Shown here one piece after another: positions 10,736 to 20,024 of a DNA stretch of 64,000 nucleotides (the first letter of the stretch is position 1; each line of letters begins with the position of its first letter). Source of the stretch: an uncultured delta proteobacterium (GTDB taxonomy: Bacteria > Desulfobacterota > Syntrophia > Syntrophales > UBA4778); assembly GCA_963784735.1 (NCBI GenBank), contig CAWASK010000001.1, positions 426,020-490,019 of the forward strand. Reading direction: 5' to 3'. A program made the position numbers and the translations under genes. The notes below the pieces were generated by a model. It did not search any database. It saw nothing but the letters and a program-made list of their open reading frames with translations, and was not told where the DNA came from.

Positions 10736-11002
10736 TTATTTCTTGCTGTAAAAGTTCAGCAGGAAATCAGCGTCTTTAGGGGACAGGTCGAACTTGAAAA
10801 CGGCCTGCTCAATTAGTTTGCTCTTCGATTGGTCGGGTTTTTCATCCAGGTTAGCTGAAATCCATTTTATCGCGCGTTGAACTTCCTCGCCTTCCGGCAC
10901 TATCGTTGCCATATAAGAGATCTCCTTTTCGATTGTGGGCCGATTATAGGGAAATTGTGGATTAGGTTCAAGGGTATTTTGCCGATCTCCTTGCATTTTC
11001 AA
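10736..11002 (-). CDS. small hypothetical protein (58-88 aa; start uncertain, alternative ATG at 10912)
   Basis: ORF with ordinary, non-GC-skewed amino-acid composition in a locally AT-richer stretch. No family recognised. Confidence 0.4.
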   Translation of the reverse strand: MKMQGDRQNTLEPNPQFPYNRPTIEKEISYMATIVPEGEEVQRAIKWISANLDEKPDQSKSKLIEQAVFKFDLSPKDADFLLNFYSKK

Positions 11003-11046
11003 CCCATCTGCCTTACAAGTAAAAATACCAATAAAAACATAGCGGT

Positions 11047-12701
11047 ATGGTTATGGATAATTTTCACGCAGCCCTGCTGTTTTCCGCTTATATAGCGCTG
11101 TTCCTGTTCGGGATGGCCAAACTGAGCTCCACCGTACAATGGCTGATGACCGCCCGGGTACGGGATTACATCCGCTACGCCGTGAGAAAACCGTTCAACG
11201 GGATCCTGACCGGGATTTTCGCGACGGTCCTGCTGCAGAGCAGCACCGCAACATCGGTGATCACCATCGGCATGGTGGGCGCCGGGCTGATCACTTTTTT
11301 CCACTCGCTCGGGATAATCCTCGGCGCGGACATCGGCACCAGCCTGACCGTGCAGCTCGTTGTCTGGAAAGTAAATAAGCTCTCATCCGTATTCATAATA
11401 GCCGGCGCCCTGGCCTGGATAGGTGCAAAGGGCAAATGGAAAAGAATCGGGGAGGCCACGTTCTATTTCGGCTTGATGTTCCTGGGACTTACGCTCACCG
11501 CGGAAACAGCCGCACCTTTCAGGGACAGCGAACTTTGGGCCCGCTATTACAGCGAATTCAAAAACCCCCTGATCGGTTTTGTCGCGGGCGTCGTTTTCAC
11601 AGGCGCGGTGCACTCATCCCTGATCCCCATCAGCATCCTGGCAATCCTTGCCCAGCAGGGGCTTGTGGACCTCCAGGCCTCCATTCCGGTCGTGCTCGGG
11701 GCCAACCTCGGCACCACAGTTACGGCCGTCATGGCCAGCTTCGTTTCCAGCATGAGCGCCAGGAGGAGCGCCGCCGCCCATTTCATTTTCAAGATGGCTG
11801 GCGCCGGTACGGCCCTGGTTTTTCTCCCCGCCTTCTTGTGGCTCCTCGAGAATATGTCTTCCGACGTGGCCCAGCAGATCGCCCTCGGACACGTCCTGCT
11901 CAATATCGGGATAGTGGCCTTCTTTACCCCGCTGCTGAAACCATTTGCGAAAATGGTCGAGAAGGCTTTGCCCGGGAATGAGGAAGACCTGCCGCTCTGG
12001 CCGGAATTCCTGGATGAAAACTGCATCGCGAAGGACCCGGAGGCGGCCCTCGAGTGCGTGCGGAAAGAGTTGACCAGGCAGGCCGTCCTGGCCGGGAGGA
12101 TGGCCGAGGGACGCAATGTCGCTCCTGACGGAATACAACCCAGGCAAGAAGAAGAACGTCTTTTACCTCGAGCTCGTCCTGGACAACCTGCGGACATCCA
12201 TAATCGGGTACCTATGCCGGGTCTCCAACGACAGCCTCTCCGAAAATCTTTCAAGGAAGCTCTTCGCCTATACCGCGATGACCGACGACATTGAAAGGAT
12301 AGGGGACCATTGCGTCAATCTTTCGGACCTTGCTCAGCAGAAAAAAGACGGTAAAATAGAATTCTCGGAACCGGCGTACCGGAACTCGGCCGAAATAAGG
12401 AAACTAAACCTTCAGAGCATCGCCGACGTGGTAAACCATCCTGGAAAAGGGCGGCAAGGGCGAGATGCTTGCGATCAATGAGCGGGAGGAAAAAATCGAC
12501 ATAGCGGTGTGGATCGCCAGGGAGAAGCACCTGGAGAGGTTTCACAAGAAATTATGCCAGACCGAAGCGGGACCGGTCTTTGTGGAGATGCTGGTAAACC
12601 TGGAGAGGATATCGGACCATTGCCAGAATATCGCAGAACACGTTGCCGCCAGTGATGCGGCGTGGCAGCCCGTTTCCAAAACGCCGGTCATATCGCTTTA
12701 A
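11047..12701 (+). CDS. Na/Pi cotransporter family protein with C-terminal PhoU-like repeats (2 apparent frameshifts)
   Basis: The fragments 11047-12294, 12116-12481 and 12465-12701 join into one protein. It has the N-terminal Na/Pi-cotransporter type II-related repeats (LQSSTATSVITIGMV, GANLGTTVTA) and two C-terminal PhoU-like ERIGDHC / ERISDHC motifs. Confidence 0.8.
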
Positions 12702-12715
12702 AAGGGGGGGTAGAC

Positions 12716-13725
12716 ATGCTCAAAGAAGCAGCCCTATACGAAAGGCGGGAAGAGGACAAGGTGGCCTGTTTCCTCTGCAGCCACCGCTGCAATATTTCTC
12801 CCGGCAAATTCGGCATCTGCAATGTCCGGGAAAACGTTGACGGCAGGCTCTTCACCCACTCTTACGGGATGCTGATCGCCCGCCACATCGACCCGGTGGA
12901 AAAAAAGCCCCTCTACCATTTCCGGCCGGGGTCCCTTTCCTATTCAATCGCCGCGGCGGGCTGCAACTTCCAGTGCGAGTTCTGCCAGAACTGGGAAATC
13001 TCCCAGATCAGGGAGGTCCGCAGGCTGGGCTCAAGGCCTTCAAAGCCGAGCCGAAGCAGGTGGTCGACGCGGCCCTGAGGAGCGGTTGCCTCAGCATCTC
13101 GTACACCTATACCGAGCCCACGATTTATTTCGAGCTCGCCCGCGACATCGGCATGCTCGCGAAGGAGGCGGCGCTCGCTAACATTTTCGTGACGAACGGT
13201 TTCATGACCGATGAGTGCCTGCGCGAGGCGCGGCCCTTCCTGGATGCGGCCAACGTGGACCTCAAATCGTTCCGGGACGATTATTACCGCAAGACATGCA
13301 AGGGGAGGCTCGAGCCCGTCCTCAAGAGCATTGCCAAAATGCGGGAGCACCAGGTCTGGGTCGAGGTCACCACCCTCATTGTGCCGGGCCTCAATGACAC
13401 CGATGATGAGCTCAAGGGCATAGCGTCATACCTGGCGAAACTGGACGCCGACATCCCCTGGCACATCAGCCGCTTCCACCCCCAGTACAAGATGGGCCGC
13501 GTCCAGAGCACCCCGATGGAGACCCTCGACCGGGCCTACCGGATCGGCCGCGAGGCCGGCCTGCGCTATGTCTACCAGGGCAACGTCATGGGCAACAGGA
13601 ACCACACCTACTGCTACAACTGCAACAGGCTCCTCGTGGAGCGCGTCGGCTTCAATATTTCCCGCAACGAGATGGACGATGGCAAGTGCCCGGAGTGCGG
13701 GACGTCCATAGCGGGGATGAAGTAA
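12716..13725 (+). CDS. AmmeMemoRadiSam system radical SAM enzyme (1 apparent frameshift near 13010)
   Basis: N-terminal VACFLCSHRCNISPGKFGICNVREN Cys cluster plus the radical-SAM CNFQCEFCQNWEIS motif. The C-terminal half (12973-13725 frame) is PFL-activase-like. The ribosome-binding site GGGGGG precedes the ATG. Confidence 0.85.
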
Positions 13726-13774
13726 GGGGTTTCTGCACGGGCGATTACATGCTCGCTCCGGGGTGCTTGTAACG

Positions 13775-14275
13775 CTTAAAAAAATTCCACGAATCAAGGC
13801 ACGTTTTGGCGGGAGTGTCAGGGAACTTCCCTCCGGCTCAAGGTCTTTTGCCTGCGGCAAAAGCCCCGATTCGCTCTCCGGGAAATTCCCTGCCCCTCCC
13901 GCCTGCCAAACTTTTAAGAAGATCAAGAGGGAAAAACTACAGCTCCGGCGCTCTGTAAAGCTTAAGAAAATTCCATAACCCAAAGCTCGTTTTGCGGGAT
14001 GGGTGAGGGAACTTCCCTTCGGCTCAAGGTCTTTTGCCTTCGGCAAAATCCCCGATTCGCCTGCGGGAAATTCCCTCCCCCCTCCCGCGTCCCCAACTCT
14101 GCAAAAAATAAAGAAAACAATGCGGCGTGAGGAGCGGGCGGGATTTATTCCGGAGGGCAGATTGGCTGGTTCACAATTCGACCACTTATATCATTATGCA
14201 CGGCGGTGACGTGAAGCAGACACGGCCCGAGGAATGAAGCCCGACCTGCTCCGGGGGCTCGGTAAAATGTAAAAA
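13775..14275 (+). repeat. bipartite hairpin repeat, locus B: M1 (13808-13903), M2-less spacer, M1 (13993-14089), M2 (14131-14252)
   Basis: Direct sequence identity with loci A, C and D. It lies between the convergent radical-SAM gene and the DUF4387 gene. Confidence 0.9.
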
Positions 14276-14318
14276 CAGAAATGCAAAGCTGGTTTTAAGT
14301 AAAGAAAAAAGGTGGAAG

Positions 14319-14639
14319 CTATTCTTCCGGCCAGTCGATTTCCATTTCGAGCAGGGCGGAGGAGAAGGCCTTGCCGTGGGCGTCCAGTTCCAGGGCGGCG
14401 GAGACACCGCCATTGCGGGTCCCGTGGAGGACGAAGTTGAAACCCTTTAAGAAAGGCAGGTCGTAGCGGATGACTTCGCCTGTGACAAGGCCGGCAAAAT
14501 GGCCCCTCACCGCTTCAGGCGTCAGGACCTCCTTGAGCCTGGGGTAATCCTCTTCCCTGTACGGAAAGAGGGCGACGTTCGTGATCTCGCCCTTGTCGCC
14601 CGCCCGGGCATGGGCTATCCGGTGCAGTTTGATCTTCAT
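14319..14639 (-). CDS. DUF4387-type small protein (partner of AtuA-like DUF1446 proteins)
   Basis: Intact 106-aa ORF starting MKIKLHRIAHARAGDKGE. It overlaps the upstream DUF1446 gene by 4 nt. Confidence 0.7.
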   Translation of the reverse strand: MKIKLHRIAHARAGDKGEITNVALFPYREEDYPRLKEVLTPEAVRGHFAGLVTGEVIRYDLPFLKGFNFVLHGTRNGGVSAALELDAHGKAFSSALLEMEIDWPEE

Positions 14640-15976
14640 TTCAATTCCGCCGTCTCGACCCTGATTTCAATTTTCTCCCTCTCGATCGTCGACGAATACA
14701 CGGCAATCACGGGCCGGACAAATTTCCTGGCGCCGGCCGCGCCCGCCGGGCCGTTTAAATACAGCGCCTCCACCTCTTCGCCGACTGCTTCGGCCGTGCG
14801 CCTGCTTTCAGCCTTCACGGCGAACCTTAGCCGGATATCAAGCGGAGGCGGCGAAGCGCGGCGCGCTATCGGGCCGAGGATGGAGTCGAACCCGATGAAT
14901 TCTATCCTCATGTCCGATGCCGCAACCGACCTGTACCCGAGCCGGTCTTTCACTATTTCCGCGGCAAGCCGCGCCCTTGCGAGGGCGCCCTCACCGGCAA
15001 AAGAGATCTCGCCTTCCCCGATGTAGCCTTCATGGATGCCCAGCGAAACCTTGAGCAATTCAGGCCGGGGCCTTCCCGAAGCCCCCCTGACAAGCACCCT
15101 GTCCGGCCCCGCGTCCAGCAGTTCGACCCTGGAAAAATCGGCTGTGACGTCGGGGGTCAGGTAAGCTGCCGGGTCGTGGATCTCGTACATGAGCTGTTCC
15201 TTGCAGGTCATGACGGAAACGCTGCCCCCGGTCCCGGGCGCTTTGGTGATAACTGCCGTACCGTCGGCGCCCACTTCAGCGAGCGGGAACCCCAGGCGGG
15301 AAAGGCCGGGTACATTTTTGAACGGGGGATCGGAGAAGAAGCCCCCGGAAACCTGGCCCGCGCACTCGAGGAGATGTCCCACCGCCGTTCCTGCGCCGAG
15401 CAGATGCCAGTCATCGGGCGCCCAGCCGAACTCATGGACCAGGGGGGCAAGGAACAGGGCGGGGTCCGCCACTCTCCCGGTCAGGATTATATTGCAGCCG
15501 CTCCGGAGCGCGGGCACAACGGCATCCACTCCCAGGTAGGCATTCGCGGAGATTATCCTGTCGCGGTATTCTCTCACGGGCTTTCCGGATTCCCAGACCG
15601 GCGAGAGCGATTCCGCAATTTTCTCGAGCACGTCGTCGCCGGTCACCGCTGCGATTTTAAGAGGCCCGGGCTGCTTTTCACCGGCGGCTTCCATTGCGGC
15701 ATCCAGGGCCGCACAGGGGTTTGCGGCGCCCATGTTCGAGACCATCACGAGGCCCCTGGCGCAATAGGGCGCTAGCGCCCCGACGCGCTCCCGCAGGAAC
15801 TGGCCGTAGCCCGCCCGGGGGTTATTTTGTCTTTCAAGCTGCGCGATAGCTATTGTGCGCTCCGCAAGGCAGTCGAAACAGATGTATTGAATATCTCCCT
15901 TTTCGGCCAGCTCGACCGCCGGGTCGATCCTGTCCCCCGCATATCCGGCGCCGGCGCCTATCCTGATCTTTTTCAT
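14636..15976 (-). CDS. acyclic terpene utilization AtuA family protein (DUF1446)
   Basis: Intact 446-aa ORF. The N-terminal IRIGAGAGYAGDRIDPAVELAEKG...CLAERTIA pattern is characteristic of DUF1446. Confidence 0.8.
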   Translation of the reverse strand: MKKIRIGAGAGYAGDRIDPAVELAEKGDIQYICFDCLAERTIAIAQLERQNNPRAGYGQFLRERVGALAPYCARGLVMVSNMGAANPCAALDAAMEAAGEKQPGPLKIAAVTGDDVLEKIAESLSPVWESGKPVREYRDRIISANAYLGVDAVVPALRSGCNIILTGRVADPALFLAPLVHEFGWAPDDWHLLGAGTAVGHLLECAGQVSGGFFSDPPFKNVPGLSRLGFPLAEVGADGTAVITKAPGTGGSVSVMTCKEQLMYEIHDPAAYLTPDVTADFSRVELLDAGPDRVLVRGASGRPRPELLKVSLGIHEGYIGEGEISFAGEGALARARLAAEIVKDRLGYRSVAASDMRIEFIGFDSILGPIARRASPPPLDIRLRFAVKAESRRTAEAVGEEVEALYLNGPAGAAGARKFVRPVIAVYSSTIEREKIEIRVETAELK

Positions 15977-16124
15977 GCTGTCTCCATAAGGCCGATATTC
16001 TTATCAGAGATGACGCGAACTCTCCATCCTGAAAGAATGCGGCGAGGCTGCCGGGAAATCAAATTTTATTGCCTTTATTCCCTTTGTGCCTTACCATCCG
16101 GGGAAAAACCGGACGGGTATATAT

Positions 16125-16724
16125 ATGGAAAATCTCATAGAGTATGCCGAGAAGCACAGGACCTTTCTCTCGCGGGTTTTCGCGGTCCTTCTATTGCCCG
16201 TTATAATTTTCAACGGAGCGGATTCCCTGCCTTCGTATAACTTCGCCTTCGAAATGATCGGGATATTCCTGGTGGGGGTGTGCTCGTTCGGGAGATTATG
16301 GTCATCCATGTATATATGCGGAAATAAAATAGACACCCTTGTCGACATGGGACCTTACTCGATGGTCCGCCACCCGCTTTACTTTTTCAGCTTCCTGGGG
16401 ATCATCGGGATCGGTTTCATTTCCAAGAGCGTCATAGTATTTTTCTCTGTCATTTTATTTTTTGCGATCTATTACCCGCTTGTCATGCTGTCCGAGGAAA
16501 AAATCCTGATGCAGAAGCATGGCGCGGCATATCTGGATTACGTAAAAAGGGTTCCCCGCTTTTTCCCCGACATTGCCCTCCTGAAGGAGCCGGCGGTTTA
16601 CAACGTGCACACGGTGATTTACCGCAAGGCCATGCTGGAGGCGATCTGGTTCATCTGGGGGATCATACCCCTGAAAATCCTTGAAACCCTTCATATGCAA
16701 GGGGTCCTGCCCCATTACTTCTGA
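16125..16724 (+). CDS. isoprenylcysteine carboxyl methyltransferase (ICMT)/phospholipid methyltransferase family membrane protein
   Basis: Multi-pass membrane ORF with the GPYSMVRHPLYFFSFLG motif. The ATG at 16125 is preferred over the GTG at 16086. Confidence 0.7.
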   Translation: MENLIEYAEKHRTFLSRVFAVLLLPVIIFNGADSLPSYNFAFEMIGIFLVGVCSFGRLWSSMYICGNKIDTLVDMGPYSMVRHPLYFFSFLGIIGIGFISKSVIVFFSVILFFAIYYPLVMLSEEKILMQKHGAAYLDYVKRVPRFFPDIALLKEPAVYNVHTVIYRKAMLEAIWFIWGIIPLKILETLHMQGVLPHYF

Positions 16725-16853
16725 TAGCGGCGGCAAATAAGCTTGACACCTCCATTCATTCCAGCCAAGCTGGAATTGGGAAAAAAATTCTGGCAAAGAA
16801 TGCCTGCTTAACCGGGGGGCACTAAGGTTTTATTTGAGGGCCCGGGCTGAACA

Positions 16854-17354
16854 ATGAAGTGTCTGAAGATCATAATGTGTGTGATCGTCCTGACGGGTCT
16901 TCTGTCTTGCGGCCCGGTGATTTCCACGCAGACGATGAGTTATGTCGACCCGCAGATCACGTTCCAGGAACTCATAAAGGACCCGGACAGATACAAGGGC
17001 AAGACGGTGGTGCTGGGCGGACGGATCATCGGCACGTCAGTGAAGCCCAATGAGACCGTGATCGAAATCCTCCAGCAGCCGCTCGAATACCGGCAAAGGC
17101 CCCAGAATGCCGACGTTTCATTCGGGCGCTTCCTGGTCAGGTTCCCCGATTACAGGGACCCCGCCGTCTATGCGCCGGGCAGGTCCATAACCGTCGCCGG
17201 GCAGGTCGCCGGCAGGGAGGTCCGTAAACTCGGCCAGATCGACTACGGCTACCCTGTGCTAATCAGCAGGGAGGCCTACCTCTGGAAAGTGGAAGATGCT
17301 TATGCGCCCGAGCCGCAGTTCCATTTCGGGGTCGGGGTCGGCATTTTCCGCTGA
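16854..17354 (+). CDS. Slp family outer-membrane lipoprotein
   Basis: Signal peptide with the lipobox LLSC. The block YKGKTVVLGGRIIG...FGRFLVRFPDYRDPAVYAPGRSITVAG is typical of Slp/YeaY. Confidence 0.75.
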   Translation: MKCLKIIMCVIVLTGLLSCGPVISTQTMSYVDPQITFQELIKDPDRYKGKTVVLGGRIIGTSVKPNETVIEILQQPLEYRQRPQNADVSFGRFLVRFPDYRDPAVYAPGRSITVAGQVAGREVRKLGQIDYGYPVLISREAYLWKVEDAYAPEPQFHFGVGVGIFR

Positions 17355-17365
17355 AAGGCGATAAA

Positions 17366-17899
17366 ATGAAAAAGTCCCTTCTGCTGGTCTTCTGCACCCT
17401 TTTCATGGCCGCATCATGCGCCCCTTTCCCGAAAAGTGCCCTCGAGCAGGTTGACGTGACAGCCCCGTTTCAGGAGGTCCAGAAAGGTCCCGGCAGGTTC
17501 CTCAATAAAAACGTGATGTGGGGAGGGGTGATCATTGACACGTTGGTTAAGAAGGACGGGACCGACATCAAGGTCCTGGAGAAAGGCCTTGATATCGAGA
17601 AAAGGCCCGTGGAAGGCGATTTGAGTTTCGGAAGGTTTATCGTGCGCTACCCGGGCTTTATCGACCCGGCCATCTACAAACCCGGCCGCGAATTGACCGT
17701 GATCGGGACCATCACGGGTTCCGAGGTCGAGCCCATCGGGCAGATGCAATATTCCTACCCGGTTATCGAGGCAAAGCATACAAAGTTATGGGAGACCCGG
17801 GCCAAGTACCGCCGGCCGGTCTACTGGGACTACCCCTTCATGCACTTCCCTTACGGCGGTTATCCCTACCTCTACAACCACCCGCCTTTCTGGGACTGA
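17366..17899 (+). CDS. Slp family outer-membrane lipoprotein (paralog)
   Basis: Signal peptide with the lipobox AASC. Same block architecture as the preceding gene (NVMWGGVIID...FGRFIVRYPGFIDPAIYKPGRELTVIG). Confidence 0.75.
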   Translation: MKKSLLLVFCTLFMAASCAPFPKSALEQVDVTAPFQEVQKGPGRFLNKNVMWGGVIIDTLVKKDGTDIKVLEKGLDIEKRPVEGDLSFGRFIVRYPGFIDPAIYKPGRELTVIGTITGSEVEPIGQMQYSYPVIEAKHTKLWETRAKYRRPVYWDYPFMHFPYGGYPYLYNHPPFWD

Positions 17900-17959
17900 A
17901 AAATTTATCGGACATAATCCCGAAATTCACAAGCCCGTTCGGCGGCAGAATGAGAATTA

Positions 17960-18247
17960 TCAGCTTTTCTTGAAAAGGTCCTCCAGCCTGCTCCTGGAGT
18001 CGGATTTGGCTGGCCCTTTTTCCCCCGGCCTTGCCTGCTTATCAGCTGAAAAGAAGTCGCAGAAGTTCCTTTTTTCCTTGTCCATGACCCGCTCGGCCTG
18101 GGGCTCCCGGCAGGAGTTGTACTTCCCCGGGTCATAATGTCCGCAGTTGATGCAGGAGCGCAGGTCCGCCCCGCACGAACTGCAGACTTCATTGCGGCCT
18201 ACAATGCCGTCGAACGTGTTTTCCCTGCCGCATTTTCCGCAGTGCAT
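17960..18247 (-). CDS. zinc-ribbon hypothetical protein
   Basis: 95-aa ORF with CGKCG...CSSCG...CINCGH...C Cys pairs. Confidence 0.55.
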   Translation of the reverse strand: MHCGKCGRENTFDGIVGRNEVCSSCGADLRSCINCGHYDPGKYNSCREPQAERVMDKEKRNFCDFFSADKQARPGEKGPAKSDSRSRLEDLFKKS

Positions 18248-18485
18248 TTTTTTCGACCCCCGTTTTTTTATGAATTCTATTGGATCATTTGTGAAAAATC
18301 CATTAGCACTTTAAATCTGCCAAGTCCTGATTCTGCAAGGAGTTTAAAGCAGACGCCCGGTTCAGGCCAGTGTCCTTCTGATGCTGCCATCGCAAAGAAG
18401 AATAATTCGCGCCCGCTCTTCAGACATATTTTCTGGAAACATGGAGGGGACTGCTGTACCTTTTTTCGGGAAAGGAGGATGTGCC

Positions 18486-19229
18486 ATGAATATGGAGATA
18501 AAGGACAGATTTGTTTCGCTCTGGTCGAAGTATTTCGGCGGGGCTGAACTCCCGATGGTTTTTTATTACACAGATGATGAGAGCTGCGCCGAAAAGGCGC
18601 CCGTCCCTGTCGGCCACAGGTGCATTATTGGTGCGCTCTCCAAAGTGCGCAGAGGCAAGCCGCTGTGCTTCGATGCTGAAACTGCAGGGTGTGGGGGGGC
18701 CAGGAGGTATTGCGGATTTTCCGGCGTGATCGAGAAGAACTTCACCTTCTTCCTGTCTTACGGCATCCCGGGCAAGGTCGAGGGCGAGCGCTACAAGAGA
18801 ACGCCCGAACTCGTCCAGAAATTCCTTGACCAGTCAACCGTTTTCAAAGCGCCGGGCCGGTTCATCGTCTTCAAGCGCTGGGACGCGATAAACGAAAACG
18901 ACGAGCCGGAAGGAGTGATATTTTATGCGCCGCCCGACGTGATTTCCGGGCTCTTCACCCTTGCCAATTTCGACAGGGAAGATGCGAACGGGGTCATTGC
19001 CCCCTTTGCAGCAGGCTGCGGTACCATCGTCCAGTTCCCTTACCTGGAAAAAAACGCGGAGAGGCCCCGGGCGGTCCTGGGCACCTTCGATGTTTCTGCA
19101 CGGCCTTTCGTTGGGAAGAACGAGCTGAGCATGGCGTTCCCGATAAAACGCTTCCTCCAGATCGTGGAACTCATGGAGGAGAGTTTCCTTATTACGCCGT
19201 CGTGGGACAGGGTGAAGAAAAGGATCTGA
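18486..19229 (+). CDS. DUF169 domain protein
   Basis: AAGGAGG ribosome-binding site before the ATG at 18486. The blocks HRCIIGAL...CGGARRYCGF and APFAAGCGTIV match my recollection of DUF169. Confidence 0.75.
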   Translation: MNMEIKDRFVSLWSKYFGGAELPMVFYYTDDESCAEKAPVPVGHRCIIGALSKVRRGKPLCFDAETAGCGGARRYCGFSGVIEKNFTFFLSYGIPGKVEGERYKRTPELVQKFLDQSTVFKAPGRFIVFKRWDAINENDEPEGVIFYAPPDVISGLFTLANFDREDANGVIAPFAAGCGTIVQFPYLEKNAERPRAVLGTFDVSARPFVGKNELSMAFPIKRFLQIVELMEESFLITPSWDRVKKRI

Positions 19230-19264
19230 CCGCAACCTTTCCGGTTTGCCGACAACTCACGGGG

Positions 19265-19915
19265 CAATACGTGCTTTGGTTTATGCGGATTATTTTAATC
19301 TTTACCGAGCCCCCGGAGCGGTCGGGCTTCATTCCTGCGGTCTGTGTCTGCTTCACGTCACCGCCGTGCATAATGATATAAGTGGTCGAATTGTGAAGCG
19401 GCCAATCTGCCCTCCGGAATAAATCCCGCCCGCTCCTCACGCTGTAGTTTATTTTCTTTTTATTTTTAAGTTTAGGCAGGCGGGAGGGGCAGGGAATTTC
19501 CCGGAGAGCGAATCGGGGATTTTGCCGAAGGCAAAAGACCTTGAGCCGAAGGGAAGTTCCCTCACTCTCCCGCCAAAACGTGCTTTGAGTTATGGAATTA
19601 TTTTAATCTTTACCGAGCCCCCGGAGCGGTCGGGCTTCATTCCTGCGGTCTGTGTCCGCTTCACGTCACCGCGGTGCATAATGACATAAATGGTCGAATT
19701 GTGAAGTCGGCCAAATCAGCCCTCCGGAATAAATCCCGCCCGCTCCTCACGCTGTAGTTTATTTTTTTTATTATTTTTAAGCTTTAGGTCAGGCGGGAGG
19801 GGCAGGGAATTTCCCGGAGAGCGAATCGGGGATTTTGCCGCAGGCAAAAGACCTTGAGCCGAAGGGAAGTTCCCTGACCCTCCCGCCAAAACGCGCTTTG
19901 ATTCATGGGATCCGG
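19265..19915 (-). repeat. bipartite hairpin repeat, locus C: two complete M1+M2 units in tandem (period 308-313 bp) plus a truncated third. M2 at 19315-19436 and 19623-19746; M1 at 19479-19574 and 19792-19887.
   Basis: Reverse complement of loci A and B. It starts about 35 nt after the DUF169 stop and is antisense to both flanking + strand genes. Confidence 0.9.
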
Positions 19916-20024
19916 CATTGGCGTTACCCGGGACAATCTTTTTTGCCCGCCGTATTTTCGAGTTGTCTTTCAGGGGCATGATCGTCTAATATCATCAGAC
20001 AATTAAGTGTTTAAAGGAGACAGC

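Noticed and set aside
16760-16800. Possible sigma54 promoter (TGGCAAAGAATGCC) upstream of the Slp lipoprotein genes.
   Set aside because: The GG-to-GC spacing is 2 nt shorter than the -24/-12 consensus, so the match is likely fortuitous.
19265-19915. Whether the tandem repeat loci could be CRISPR arrays.
   Set aside because: The repeating unit is about 310 bp. All of it, including the 'spacers', is conserved between loci. There are no unique spacers and no cas genes.
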